A DNA stretch of 57,928 bases, counting the filler, from Nemertoderma westbladi (taxonomy: Eukaryota > Animalia > Xenacoelomorpha), in assembly GCA_032718475.1 (NCBI GenBank). It is 3 parts of 3 records of this genome, joined end to end, with 100 filler letters (N's around TTAATTAATTAA, not from the genome) between each part and the next. Parts side by side here need not be neighbours in the genome. Positions count along the whole stretch, not along the records: positions 1 to 27,112 come from JAUCBJ010003362.1; 2 more parts are not named here. One strand, 5' to 3'. Below are positions 1 to 13,400 of the stretch, one piece after another; within the stretch, counting starts at the first letter, position 1; each line of letters opens with the position of its first letter. The notes under the pieces were generated by a model, which searched no databases, was not told the origin of the DNA, and was given only the letters and a program-made list of their open reading frames with translations. The position numbers and the translations under genes are program-made.

Positions 1-3000
1 CTAACCCTTGTCTCCGCACTAACCCTTATCCGTCGCCCCCTTATATGGTCTCCGCACTAACCCTTATCCGTCGCCCCCTTATATGGTCTCCGCACTAACC
101 CTTATCCGTCGCCCCCTTATATGGTCTCCGCACTAACCCTTATCCGTCGCCCCCTTATATGGTCTCCGCACTAACCCTTATCCGTCGCCCGCTTATATGG
201 TCTCCGCACTAACCCTTGTCTCCGCACTAACCCTTATCCGTCGCCCGCTTATATGGTCTCCACACTAACCCTTATCCGTCGCCCGCTTATATGGTCTCCA
301 CACTAACCCTTATCCGTCGCCCGCTTATATGGTCTCCGCACTAACCCTTATCCGTCGCTCGCTTATATGGTCTCCGCACTAACCCTTATCCGTCGCCCGC
401 TTATATGGTCTCCGCACTAACCCTTATCAGTCGACCGCTTATATGGTCTCCGCACTAACCCTTATCCGTCGCCCGCTTATATGGTCTCCGCACTAACCCT
501 TATCCGTCGCCCGGTTATATGGTCTCCGCACTAACCCTTATCCGTCGCCCGCTTATATGGTCTCCGCACTAACCCTTATCCGTCGCCCGCTTATATGGTC
601 TCCGCACTAACCCTTATCCGTCGCCCGCTTATATGGTCTCCGCACTAACCCTTATCCGTCGACCGCTTATATGGTCTCCACACTAACCCTTATCCGTCGC
701 CCGCTTATGTGGTCTCCGCACTACCCCTTATCCGTCGCCCGCTTATGTGGTCTCCGCACTAACCCTTATCCGTCGTCGCCCGCTTATATGGTCTCCGCAC
801 TAACCCTTATCCGTCGCCCCCTTATATGGTCTCCGCACTAACCCTTATCCGTCGCCCCCTTATATGGTCTCCGCACTAACCCTTATCCGTCGCCCCCTTA
901 TATGGTCTCCGCACTAACCCTTATCCGTCGCCCGCTTATATGGTCTCCGCACTAACCCTTATCCGTCGTCGCCCGCTTATATGGTCTCCGCACTAACCCT
1001 TATCCGTCGCCCGCTTATATGGTCTCCGCACTAACCCTTATCCGTCGCCCGCTTATATGGTCTCCGCACTAACCCTTATCCGTCGTCGCCCGCTTATATG
1101 GTCTCCGCACTAACCCTTATCCGTCGCCCGCTTATATGGTCTCCGCACTAACCCTTATCCGTCGCCCGCTTATATGGTCTCCGCACTAACCCTTATCCGT
1201 CGCCCGCTTATATGGTCTCCGCACTAACCCTTATCCGTCGCCCCCTTATATGGTCTCCGCACTAACCCTTATCCGTCGCCCGCTTATATGGTCTCCGCAC
1301 TAACCCTTGTCTCCGCACTAACCCTTATCCGTCGCCCGCTTATATGGTCTCCGCACTAACCCTTATCCGTCGCCCGCTTATATGGTCTCCGCACTAACCC
1401 TTATCCGTCGCCCGCTTATATGGTCTCCGCACTAACCCTTATCCGTCGCCCGCTTATATGGTCTCCGCACTAACCCTTATCCGTCGCCCGCTTATATGGT
1501 CTCCGCACTAACCCTTATCCGTCGCCCGCTTATATGGTCTCCGCACTAACCCTTATCCGTCGCCCGCTTATATGGTCTCCGCACTAACCCTTATCCGTCG
1601 CCCGCTTATATGGTCTCCGCACTAACCCTTATCCGTCGCCCGCTTATATGGTCTCCGCACTAACCCTTATCCGTCGTCGCCCGCTTATATGGTCTCCGCA
1701 CTAACCCTTATCCGTCGTCGCCCGCTTATATGGTCTCCGCACTAACCCTTATCCGTCGCCCGCTTATATGGTCTCCGCACTAACCCTTATCCGTCGCCCG
1801 CTTATATGGTCTCCGCACTAACCCTTATCCGTCGTCGCCCGCTTATATGGTCTCCGCACTAACCCTTATCCGTCGCCCGCTTATATGGTCTCCGCACTAA
1901 CCCTTATCCGTCGCCCGCTTATATGGTCTCCGCACTAACCCTTATCCGTCGCCCGCTTATATGGTCTCCGCACTAACCCTTATCCGTCGTCGCCCGCTTA
2001 TATGGTCTCCGCACTAACCCTTATCCGTCGCCCGCTTATATGGTCTCCGCACTAACCCTTATCCGTCGCCCGCTTATATGGTCTCCGCACTAACCCTTAT
2101 CCGTCGCCCCCTTATATGGTCTCCGCACTAACCCTTATCCGTCGTCGCCCGCTTATATGGTCTCCGCACTAACCCTTATCCGTCGCCCGCTTATATGGTC
2201 TCCGCACTAACCCTTATCCGTCGCCCGCTTATATGGTCTCCGCACTAACCCTTATCCGTCGCCCGCTTATATGGTCTCCGCACTAACCCTTATCCGTCGC
2301 CCGCTTATATGGTCTCCGCACTAACCCTTATCCGTCGCCCGCTTATATGGTCTCCGCACTAACCCTTATCCGTCGCCCGCTTATATGGTCTCCGCACTAA
2401 CCCTTATCCGTCGCCCGCTTATATGGTCTCCGCACTAACCCTTATCCGTCGTCGCCCGCTTATATGGTCTCCGCACTAACCCTTATCCGTCGCCCCGCTT
2501 ATATGGTCTCCGCACTAACCCTTATCCGTCGCCCGCTTATATGGTCTCCGCACTAACCCTTATCCGTCGCCCGCTTATATGGTCTCCGCACTAACCCTTA
2601 TCCGTCGCCCGCTTATATGGTCTCCGCACTAACCCTTATCCGTCGCCCGCTTATATGGTCTCCGCACTAACCCTTATCCGTCGCCCGCTTATATGGTCTC
2701 CGCACTAACCCTTATCCGTCGCCCGCTTATATGGTCTCCGCACTAACCCTTATCCGTCGCCCCGCTTATATGGTCTCCGCACTAACCCTTATCCGTCGCC
2801 CGCTTATATGGTCTCCGCACTAACCCTTATCCGTCGCCCCGCTTATATGGTCTCCGCACTAACCCTTATCCGTCGCCCCCTTATATGGTCTCCGCACTAA
2901 CCCTTATCCGTCGCCCGCTTATATGGTCTCCGCACTAACCCTTATCCGTCGCCCGCTTATATGGTCTCCGCACTAACCCTTATCCGTCGCCCGCTTATAT

Positions 3001-4333
3001 GGTCTCCGCACTAACCCTTATCCGTCGCCCGCTTATATGGTCTCCGCACTAACCCTTATCCGTCGCCCGCTTATATGGTCTCCGCACTAACCCTTATCCG
3101 TCGCCCGCTTATATGGTCTCCGCACTAACCCTTATCCGTCGCCCCGCTTATATGGTCTCCGCACTAACCCTTATCCGTCGCCCGCTTATATGGTCTCCGC
3201 ACTAACCCTTATCCGTCGCCCGCTTATATGGTCTCCGCACTAACCCTTATCCGTCGCCCGCTTATATGGTCTCCGCACTAACCCTTATCCGTCGCCCCCT
3301 TATATGGTCTCCGCACTAACCCTTGTCTCCGCACTAACCCTTATCCGTCGCCCGCTTATATGGTCTCCGACACTAACCCTTATCCGTCGCCCGCTTATAT
3401 GGTCTCCGCACTAACCCTTATCCGTCGCCCGCTTATATGGTCTCCGCACTAACCCTTATCCGTCGCCCGCTTATATGGTCTCCGCACTAACCCTTATCCG
3501 TCGCCCCGCTTATATGGTCTCCGCACTAACCCTTATCCGTCGCCCGCTTATATGGTCTCCGCACTAACCCTTATCCGTCGCCCGCTTATATGGTCTCCGC
3601 ACTAACCCTTATCCGTCGCCCGCTTATATGGTCTCCGCACTAACCCTTATCCGTCGCCCCGCTTATATGGTCTCCGCACTAACCCTTATCCGTCGCCCGC
3701 TTATATGGTCTCCGCACTAACCCTTATCCGTCGCCCGCTTATATGGTCTCCGCACTACCACTAACCCTTATCCGTCGCCCGCTTATATGGTCTCCGCACT
3801 AACCCTTATCCGTCGCCCCGCTTATATGGTCTCCGCACTAACCCTTATCCGTCGCCCGCTTATATGGTCTCCGCACTAACCCTTATCCGTCGCCCGCTTA
3901 TATGGTCTCCGCACTAACCCTTATCCGTCGCCCGCTTATATGGTCTCCGCACTAACCCTTATCCGTCGCCCGCTTATATGGTCTCCGCACTAACCCTTAT
4001 CCGTCGTCGCCCGCTTATATGGTCTCCGCACTAACCCTTATCCGTCGCCCGCTTATATGGTCTCCGCACTAACCCTTATCCGTCGCCCGCTTATATGGTC
4101 TCCGCACTAACCCTTATCCGTCGTCGCCCGCTTATATGGTCTCCGCACTAACCCTTATCCGTCGCCCGCTTATATGGTCTCCGCACTAACCCTTATCCGT
4201 CGCCCGCTTATATGGTCTCCGCACTAACCCTTATCCGTCGCCCGCTTATATGGTCTCCGCACTAACCCTTATCCGTCGACCGCTTATATGGTCTCCGCAC
4301 TAACCCTTATCCGTCGCCCGCTTATATGGTCTC
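1..4333. repeat. 38-bp satellite (ctaacccttatccgtcgcccgcttatatggtctccgca), ~113 copies visible, made of exon-9 3' end plus splice donor
   Basis: Unit read directly, with minor variants (+gtc, ccc/cgc, short units). The minus-strand unit is GAGACCATATAAGCGGGCGACGGATAAGG|GTTAGTGCG, and the last copy is the coding end of the exon at 4305-4453. Confidence 0.97.
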
Positions 4334-4453
4334 TCATACGAGCTACCAATGTATCCACGTCGATGTTTGTCGTATCAATCGGTTTATATTGGCTAAGAGT
4401 TTCCGGTGGGAGTCCTGGAGACCAATCAGGCGTCAGAGTAAAAGCTCTGTAAC
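4305..4453 (-). CDS. EF-hand gene exon 9 (SYRAFTLTPDWSPG...RMRDHISGRRIR)
   Basis: Acceptor tttcctag, donor AGG|GTTAGT, phase 1 to 0; overlaps ORF 4284..4478. Confidence 0.88.
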
Positions 4454-7400
4454 CTAGGAAACAAAATATATGATGCAATCACTTGTAAGCGCCTTCTAGG
4501 GGGAAGCGCGGCGGGAATTCCCAACAATATCGCGAGTTTAAAAATTTCGCGAGTAAAAGTATCGAGTTTAAAAATATAGCGAGTAAAACATCAATGGGTA
4601 ATAATATCGCGAGCAACTAATCGATTTCTTAATAAAATTCATATTTACTTTCTGATTCCCTTTTAATGCCACCATCTTTCCATCAAAAGGCACTATATTT
4701 TAGACTATCAATACTAATATAGTATCTCTACTTAACTAATATTGAATCACAACTTAACTAAAATATTGAACAATTACTAACTTGGATCAATAGACTGTAA
4801 GAATGCAGTGTAGTTGATATTGTCAGTACCTTCGAATTCACCAAAGGCTCTACATACCAATTTAAAATCAACCAAATTAACCATAAGGCCCATAACACTG
4901 AGTACTCTACTGAACTGTAGAGGTGTTATCTTTCGTGTGTAAGCGGTGCTCTGAAAATATTAAAGCATTACATCTTATTTAAACACCCAACTAATCTATT
5001 GGTATTAATATTGTAATGTCCAGTCCATGGGGGAATCTGTATGTAGTTGGGGGGGGGGGGGGGGGGGGGGGTCTCAACAACTGGAGAATGCAAACGGCAA
5101 TGTTCCTGGCTGGCGATACGGAATAGCACGTTACATCAGTTCGGTTTTATTACAAAGAAAAGGAAAAGCTCATATTTTTAGGTAAATAAGACAAGTTAAA
5201 ATCCTCCATTTCAGGAAAATAAGTTGGAAGTTGCCTTTATTTCACTTGTACTTATCTATAATAATAATGAAATATAGTCCATCTTTATTACTGAAACGTC
5301 GAGTTTACAAATCGGTTAAAAGTTACTTTCTTTAATAAAATTCTAAATATTCTAATTACCCGATCTAAATCCTTGAATAATTGTTGCGGCATAATTCCAT
5401 GCACAATGACTTTGGTACGAAGTTCCGCCAATACCCGCTTGAGGCGCTCTATTTCGTCGGGAGATAAAGCCGGTGGCTTGGCATTCTAAAAAAAACAAGT
5501 TGTGAAAATTTATATTACAATTTAAAAATTGAAATTTGTAATGAATGAATATTTTTGAAAAAATTAAAATTTGTAAAAAATTTAAATTTGTAATAAATTT
5601 AAATTTGTAATAAATTTAAATTTGTAATAAATTTAAATTTGTAATAAATTTAAATTTGTAATAAATTTAAATTTATAATAAATTCAAATTTGTAATAAAT
5701 TAAAATTTGGAATCCTACTACTACTAGGATAGGCATGCTGCAATGCAGCTGCATTTTTAAGAATGCTGTGCCGACTTGTCGGCAAAATTGCGCCGCCACA
5801 ACTCCCTATCACCCATGACATTTGCTTGATCATCCGCATCTTCAAGGCCAGTGTTCTTTAAGATGCGTCTCAAGAAAGTCATGGGCTGTCCACCATGCTT
5901 ATTCACTCCATGAGGCTGCCAAAGTACAAGATTATGCACTGGCTGGTCCTCACGGCGAAAGAAATGTCCTGCAAAGCGGAGGCGATTTTGTTCTAGTGTC
6001 AAGCTTGGGGGAACCAATGAGACACCTCCAATGTTATATAGTGTCTGGTTCGAGATGTGTGCATTGTACTTGACACAATGAACCCGGCGTAGCATTCTTA
6101 TGAATGTGCCATCCAGAGATTTGGTGTCCTCGGCAGTTAGAGCCCAGGATGGACTTAAAAAAAGTAAAAATTTGGAATAATTTATTTTATTAGTAATTAA
6201 TTAAAATTTGTGATTATATTTAAAACTTGTGATTAATTTAAATGTATAAATTGCGTTCATTAAAATATTATTTGTAATTAATAAAATTTGATATGTAATG
6301 AATAAAAATTTAATTTATAATTTATCTAAATATTAATTCATAAAAATTTAACTTGTAATTAACAAAAATTTTAAATATGTATTTGATTAAAATTTGTGAT
6401 TAATTAAAATTTGAGATTAATTAAAATTTGAGATTAATTACAATTAGTTTTCATTAAAAATATTTTAATTCGTAACGTGGTTAATTAAAATTGTAAAATA
6501 AATTTGTCTAATAATAAATTATAGTATTATGTTCAAAACGTTCATTAATTAATTATGTTCAAAACTAATGTTAAGCAGAGGTTTTTTGTAAGGAGCCTGC
6601 GCGAACGCAAGCTCCAGCTAACACAAATTTAGCACCCGAGTTTCCTCGATTTGAGAAAATCGCAGGGGTCAACCCAAGCGGAGTGCAATGCAAGGGCCTC
6701 ACCCTGGGGGAACCGCATTCCTGATCGCGGTTAACCCCTGTGCCAGGTAAGTATGCAAGACATCCAACTTTAGACTTTAATATACCTACATTTTAAACAG
6801 ATTTTAAGTAAGGAGCGAATTTAGTATATATTAACGTATAAGTTAGAGAATAATTCTTATTTTATTTAATTTTTTTAGTTAGACAACAAATATTATATTT
6901 ATCGTAATGTAGAATTTAAACATTATTTAATTTTAAAATATCTGTACAAGTAATTATTAGCGTAATAAATCGACTCAAACGATAATAGCTACCATCAACC
7001 AACTTACTCGTGATAAAGAGCCCCTAGCAGGATTACATGGAACTGTACTTGGACGTATCTCTAACTTCGGATCCACGAATGGGTTGTCTATTTTGTTGAT
7101 TAAATCTTTGTAATGAACCCGTCCATCAGGCTGTCTGTAGAAATCCGCAATTATCTCAACATCCCCCGGCGACAAAACGGGATTCTTACCTAAAAAGTAG
7201 AGAAACTGGCATGAAATTACGTTAAACAAATCACTAATCGCTCCGATCTTTACATCCAAATGTTAAAATTACTCATTGTCTATTTTACCTTTAAACAATA
7301 TCGATTACAGAGTTACTGTGTTATTAATAAATTATTCAATTTAGGATTTAAATCACTGGGGCTGCCACTTTTACATCTGGCCTACATTATTATTTACATA

Positions 7401-10400
7401 TAGTTTAACAATTATATTAAGCTAAGATCTTTATAGCAATGTGCGCACGATGATCCAACATTAACAACCACTGTTTAACCATGGTGGTGGGAAGAACAAT
7501 CATAAATTATCAAACATTTTCTTTATATCCACATAAAAGTTCCTTATCGTTCGGGAAGGGACCACTACTGAAGAAATAGCAACGACTCGGGATCGAACCA
7601 GTGACTACCAAGCCGGATGAGTTGGGATTGCCAAAGGTTAGGTACCTTAGTATTGAGGGTATACGACCAAAAGCCGTGTATGTTTATATACATGAGTCGT
7701 TCTGAAGTCGTGGTTTTCAACCTACGACCGTAGCTAGGACCCATAGCCAATAGTAGGTCCCTGTTAAACTCTGTAACGCATCCCGAAGTAACTAACCCAT
7801 AGCCAATAGTAGGTCCCTGTTAAACTCTGTAACGCATCCAGGAGCAACTAACCCACATCCAATAGTAGGTCCCTGTTAAACTCGGTAACGCATCCCGAAG
7901 TAACTAACCCATAGCCAATAGTAGGTCCCTGTTAAACTCTGTAACGCATCCCGAAGCAACTGACCCATAGCCAATAGTAGGTCCCTGTTAAACTCGGTAA
8001 CGCATCCCGAATCAACTAACCCATAGCCAATAGTAGGTCCCTGTTAAACTCTGTAAAGCATCCCGAAGTAACTAACCCATAGCCAATAGTAGGTCCCTGT
8101 TAAACTCTGTAACGCATCCCGAAGCAACTAACCCATAGCCAATAGTAGGTCCATGTTAAACTCGGTAACGCATCCCGAAGTAACTAACCCATAGCCAATA
8201 GTAGGTCCCTGTTAAACTCGGTAACGCATCCCGAAGCAACTAATCCATAGCCAATAGTAGGTCCCTGTTAAACTCGGTAACGCATCCTGAAGTAACTAAC
8301 CCATAGCCAATAGTAGGTCCTTGTTAAACTCGGTAACGCATCCCGAAGTAACTAACCCATAGCCAATAGTAGGTCCCTGTTAAACTCGGTAACGCATCCC
8401 GAAGTAACTAACCCATAGCCAATAGTAGGTCCCTGTTAAACTCGGTAACGCATCCCGAAGTAACTAACCCATAGCCAATAGTAGGTCCCTGTTAAACTCG
8501 GTAACGCATCCCGAAGTAACTAACCCATAGCCAATAGTAGGTCCCTGTTAAACTCGGTAACGCATCCCGAAGTAACTAACCCATAGCCAATTGTAGGTCC
8601 CTGTTAAACTCTGTAACGTATCCCGAAGTAACTAACCCATAGCCAATAGTAGGTCCCTGTTAAACTCGGTAACGCATCCCGAAGCAACTAACCCATAGCC
8701 AATAGTAGGTCCCTGTTAAACTCGGTAACGCATCCCGAAGCAACTAACCCATAGCCAATAGTAGGTCCCTGTTAAACTCTGTAACGCATCCCGAAGCAAC
8801 TAACCCATAGCCAATAGTAGGTCCCTGTTAAACTCGGTAACGCATCCCGAAGCAACTAACCCATAGCCAATAGTAGGTCCCTGTTAAACTCGGTAACGCA
8901 TCCCGAAGCAACTAACCCATAGCCAATAGTAGGTCCCTGTTAAACTCGGTAACGCATCCCGAAGTAACTAACCCATAGCCAATAGTAGGTCCCTGTCACA
9001 CTCGGTAACGAATCCCGAAGCAACTAACCCATAGCCAATAGTAGGTCCCTGTTAAACTCTGTAACGCATCCAGGAGCAACTAACCCACATCCAATAGTAG
9101 GTCCCTGTTAAACTCGGTAACGCATCCCGAAGTAACTAACCCATAGCCAATAGTAGGTCCCTGTTAAACTCTGTAACGCATCCCGAAGTAACTAACCCAT
9201 AGCCAATAGTAGGTCCCTGTTAAACTCGGTAACGCATCCCGAATCAACTAACCCATAGCCAATAGTAGGTCCCTGTTAAACTCTGTAACGCATCCCGAAG
9301 TAACTAACCCATAGCCAATAGTAGGTCCCTGTTAAACTCTGTAACGCATCCCGAAGCAACTAACCCATAGCCAATAGTAGGTCCATGTTAAACTCGGTAA
9401 CGCATCCCGAAGTAACTAACCCATAGCCAATAGTAGGTCCCTGTTAAACTCGGTAACGCATCCCGAAGCAACTAATCCATAGCCAATAGTAGGTCCCTGT
9501 TAAACTCGGTAACGCATCCTGAAGTAACTAACCCATAGCCAATAGTAGGTCCCTGTTAAACTCGGTAACGCATCCCGAAGTAACTAACCCATAGCCAATA
9601 GTAGGTCCCTGTTAAACTCGGTAACGCATCCCGAAGTAACTAACCCATAGCCAATAGTAGGTCCCTGTTAAACTCGGTAACGCATCCCGAAGTAACTAAC
9701 CCATAGCCAATAGTAGGTCCCTGTTAAACTCGGTAACGCATCCCGAAGTAACTAACCCATAGCCAATAGTAGGTCCCTGTTAAACTCGGTAACGCATCCC
9801 GAAGTAACTAACCCATAGCCAATTGTAGGTCCCTGTTAAACTCTGTAACGTATCCCGAAGTAACTAACCCATAGCCAATAGTAGGTCCCTGTTAAACTCG
9901 GTAACGCATCCCGAAGCAACTAACCCATAGCCAATAGTAGGTCCCTGTTAAACTCGGTAACGCATCCCGAAGCAACTAACCCATAGCCAATAGTAGGTCC
10001 CTGTTAAACTCTGTAACGCATCCCGAAGCAACTAACCCATAGCCAATAGTAGGTCCCTGTTAAACTCGGTAACGCATCCCGAAGCAACTAACCCATAGCC
10101 AATAGTAGGTCCCTGTTAAACTCTGTAACGCATCCCGAAGCAACTAACCCATAGCCAATAGTAGGTCCATGTTATACTCTGTAACGCATCCCGAAGCAAC
10201 TAACCCATAGCCAATAGTAGGTCCCTGTTAAACTCGGTAACGCATCCCGAAGTAACTAACCCATAGCCAATAGTAGGTCCCTGTCACACTCGGTAACGAA
10301 TCCCGAAGCAACTAACCCATAGCCAATAGTAGGTCCCTGTTAAACTCTGTAACGCATCCCGAAGAAACTAACCCGTAGCCAATAGTAGGTCCCTGTTAAA

Positions 10401-13400
10401 CTTGGTAACGCATCCCGAAGTAACTAACCCATAGCTAATAGTAGGTCCCTGTTAAACTCAGAAACGCATCCCGAAGTAACTAACCCATAGCCAATAGTAG
10501 GTCCCTGTTAAACTCGGTAACGCATCCCGAAGTAACTAACCCATAGCCAATAGTAGGTCCCTGTTAAACTCGGTAACGCATCCCGAAGTAACTAACCCAT
10601 AGCCAATAGTAGGTCCCTGTTAAACTCGGTAACGCATCCGAAGCAACTAACCCATAGCCAATAGTAGGTCCCTGTTAAACTCGGTAACGCATCCCGAAGT
10701 AACTAACCCATAGCCAATAGTAGGTCCCTGTTAAACTCGGTAACGCATTCCGAAGTAACTAACCCATAGCCAATAGTATGTCCCTGTTAAACTCGGTAAC
10801 GCATCCCGAAGTAACTAACCCATAGCCAATAGTAGGTCCCAGTTAAACTCGGTAACGCATCCCGAAGTAACTAACCCATAGCCAATAGTAGGTCCCTATT
10901 AAACTCGGTAACGCATCCCGAAGTAACTAACCCATAGCCAATAGAAGGTCCCTGTTAAACTCGGTAACGCATCCCGAAGTAACTAACCCATATCCAATTG
11001 TAGGTCCCTGTTAAACTCAGTAACGCATCCCGAAGTAACTAACCCATAGCCAATAGTAGGTCCCTGTTAAATTCGGTAACGCATCCCGAAGTAACTAACC
11101 CATAGCCAATAGTAGGTCCCTGTTAAACACGGTAACGCATCCCGAAGTAACTAACACATAGCCAATAGTAGGTCCCTGTTAAACTCGGCAACGCATCCCG
11201 AAGTAACTAACCCATAGCCAATAGTAGGTCCCTGTTAAACTCGGTAACGCATCCCGAAGTAACTAACCCATAGCCAATAGTAGGTCCCTGTTAAACTCGG
11301 TAACGCATCCCGAAGTAACTAACCCATAGCCAATAGTAGGTCCCTGTTAAACTCGGTAACGCATCCGAAGCAACTAACCCATAGCCAATAGTAGGTCCCT
11401 GTTAAACTCGGTAACGCATCCCGAAGTAACTAACCCATAGCCAATAGTAGGTCCCTGTTAAACTCGGTAACGCATCCCGAAGTAACTAACCCATAGCCAA
11501 TAGTAGGTCCCTGTTAAACTCGGTAACGCATCCCGAAGTAACTAACCCATAGCCAATAGTAGGTCCCTGTTAAACTCGGTAACGCATCCCGAAGTAACTA
11601 ACCCATAGCCAATAGTAGGTCCCTGTTAAACTCGGTAACGCATCCCGAAGTAACTAACCCATAGCCAATAGTAGGTCCCTGTTAAACTCGGTAACGCATC
11701 CCGAAGTAACTAACCCATAGCCAATAGTAGGTCCCTGTTAAACTCGGTAACGCATCCCGAAGTAATTACCCCCTAGCCAATAGAAGGTCCCTGTTAAACT
11801 CGGTAACGCATCCCGAAGTAACTAACCCATAGCCAATAGTAGGTCCCTGTTAAACTCGGTAACGCATCCCGAAGTAACTAACCCATAGCCAATAGTAGGT
11901 CCCTGTTAAACTCGGTAACGCATCCCGAAGTAATTACCCCCTAGCCAATAGAAGGTCCCTGTTAAACTCTGTAACGCATCCCGAAGTAACTAACCCATAG
12001 CCAATAGAAGGTCCCTGTTAAACTCGGTAACGCATCCCGAAGTAACTAACCCATAGCCAATAGTAGGTCCCTGTTAAACTCGGTAACGCATCCCGAAGTA
12101 ACTAACCCATAGCCAATAGTAGGTCCCTGTTAAACTCGGTAACGCATCCCGAAGTAACTAACCCATAGCCAATAGAAGGTCACTGTTAAACTCGGTAACG
12201 CATCCCGTAGTAACTAACCCATAGCCAAAAGTAGGTCCCTGTTAAACTCGGTAACGCATCCCGAAGTAACTAAGCCATAGCCAATAGTAGGTCCCTGTTA
12301 AACTCGGTACCGCATCCCGAAGTAACTAACCCATAGCCAATAGTAGGTCCCTGTTAAACTCGGTAACGCATCCCGAAGTAACTATAACCCATAGCCAATA
12401 GTAGGTCCCTGTTAAACTCGGTAACGCATCCCGAAGTAACTAACCCATAGCCAATAGAAGGTCCCTGTTAAACTCGGTAACGCACCCCGAAGTAACTAAC
12501 CCATAGCCAATAGTAGGTCCGTGTTAAATTCGGTAACGCATCCCGAAGTAACTAACCCATAGCCAATAGTAGGTCCCTGTTAAACTCTGTAACGCATCCC
12601 GAAGTAACTAACACATAGCCAATAGTAGGTCCCTGTTAAACTCGGTAACGCATCCCGAAGTAACTAACCCATAGCCAATAGTAGGTCCCTGTTAAACTCG
12701 GTAACGCATCCCGAAGTAACTAACCCATAGCCAATAGAAGGTCACTGTTAAACTCGGTAACGCATCCCGTAGTAACTAACCCATAGCCAAAAGTAGGTCC
12801 CTGTTCAACTCGGTAACGCATCCCGAAGTAACTAAGCCATAGCCAATAGTAGGTCCCTGTTAAACTCGGTAACGCATCCCGAAGTAACTAACCCACAGCC
12901 AATAGAAGGTCACTGTTAAACTCGGTAACGCATCCCGTAGTAACTAACCCATAGCCAAAAGTAGGTCCCTGTTAAACTCGGTAACGCATCCCGAAGTAAC
13001 TAAGCCATAGCCAATAGTAGGTCCCTGTTAAACTCGGTAACGCATCCCGAAGTAACTATAACCCATAGCCAATAGTAGGTCCCTGTTAAACTCGGTAACG
13101 CACCCCGAAGTAACTAACCCATAGCCAATAGAAGGTCCCTGTTAAACTCGGTAACGCATCCCGAAGTAACTAACCCATAGCCAATAGTAGGTCCGTGTTA
13201 AATTCGGTAACGCATCCCGAAGTAACTAACCCATAGCCAATAGTAGGTCCCTGTTAAACTCGGTAACGCATCCCGAAGTAACTAACCCATAGCCAATAGT
13301 AGGTCCCTGTTAAACTCGCCCTCGGTGACACATCCTGTTCTCTTCTTGTCGTGATCCTTAAAATAGTCGGAACAGCGGATCCCATCAGTGTAGAACTGAT

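Noticed and set aside
1-4333. True telomere at window start
   Set aside because: Only one CTAACCCT per 38-bp unit, not (TTAGGG)n, and the array is intronic.
7585-7680. tRNA gene on minus strand (GGTTCGATCCC)
   Set aside because: B-box only; no convincing cloverleaf. Possibly a SINE relic.
1-13317. CRISPR array interpretation of the 38-bp and 56-bp repeats
   Set aside because: Head-to-tail units with no unique spacers, no cas genes and a spliceosomal eukaryotic context.
7740-13317. Array of micro-exons using the internal TTTAACAG as acceptor
   Set aside because: It would need 36-nt introns and 20-nt frame-shifting exons with no polypyrimidine tract; unsupported without RNA data.
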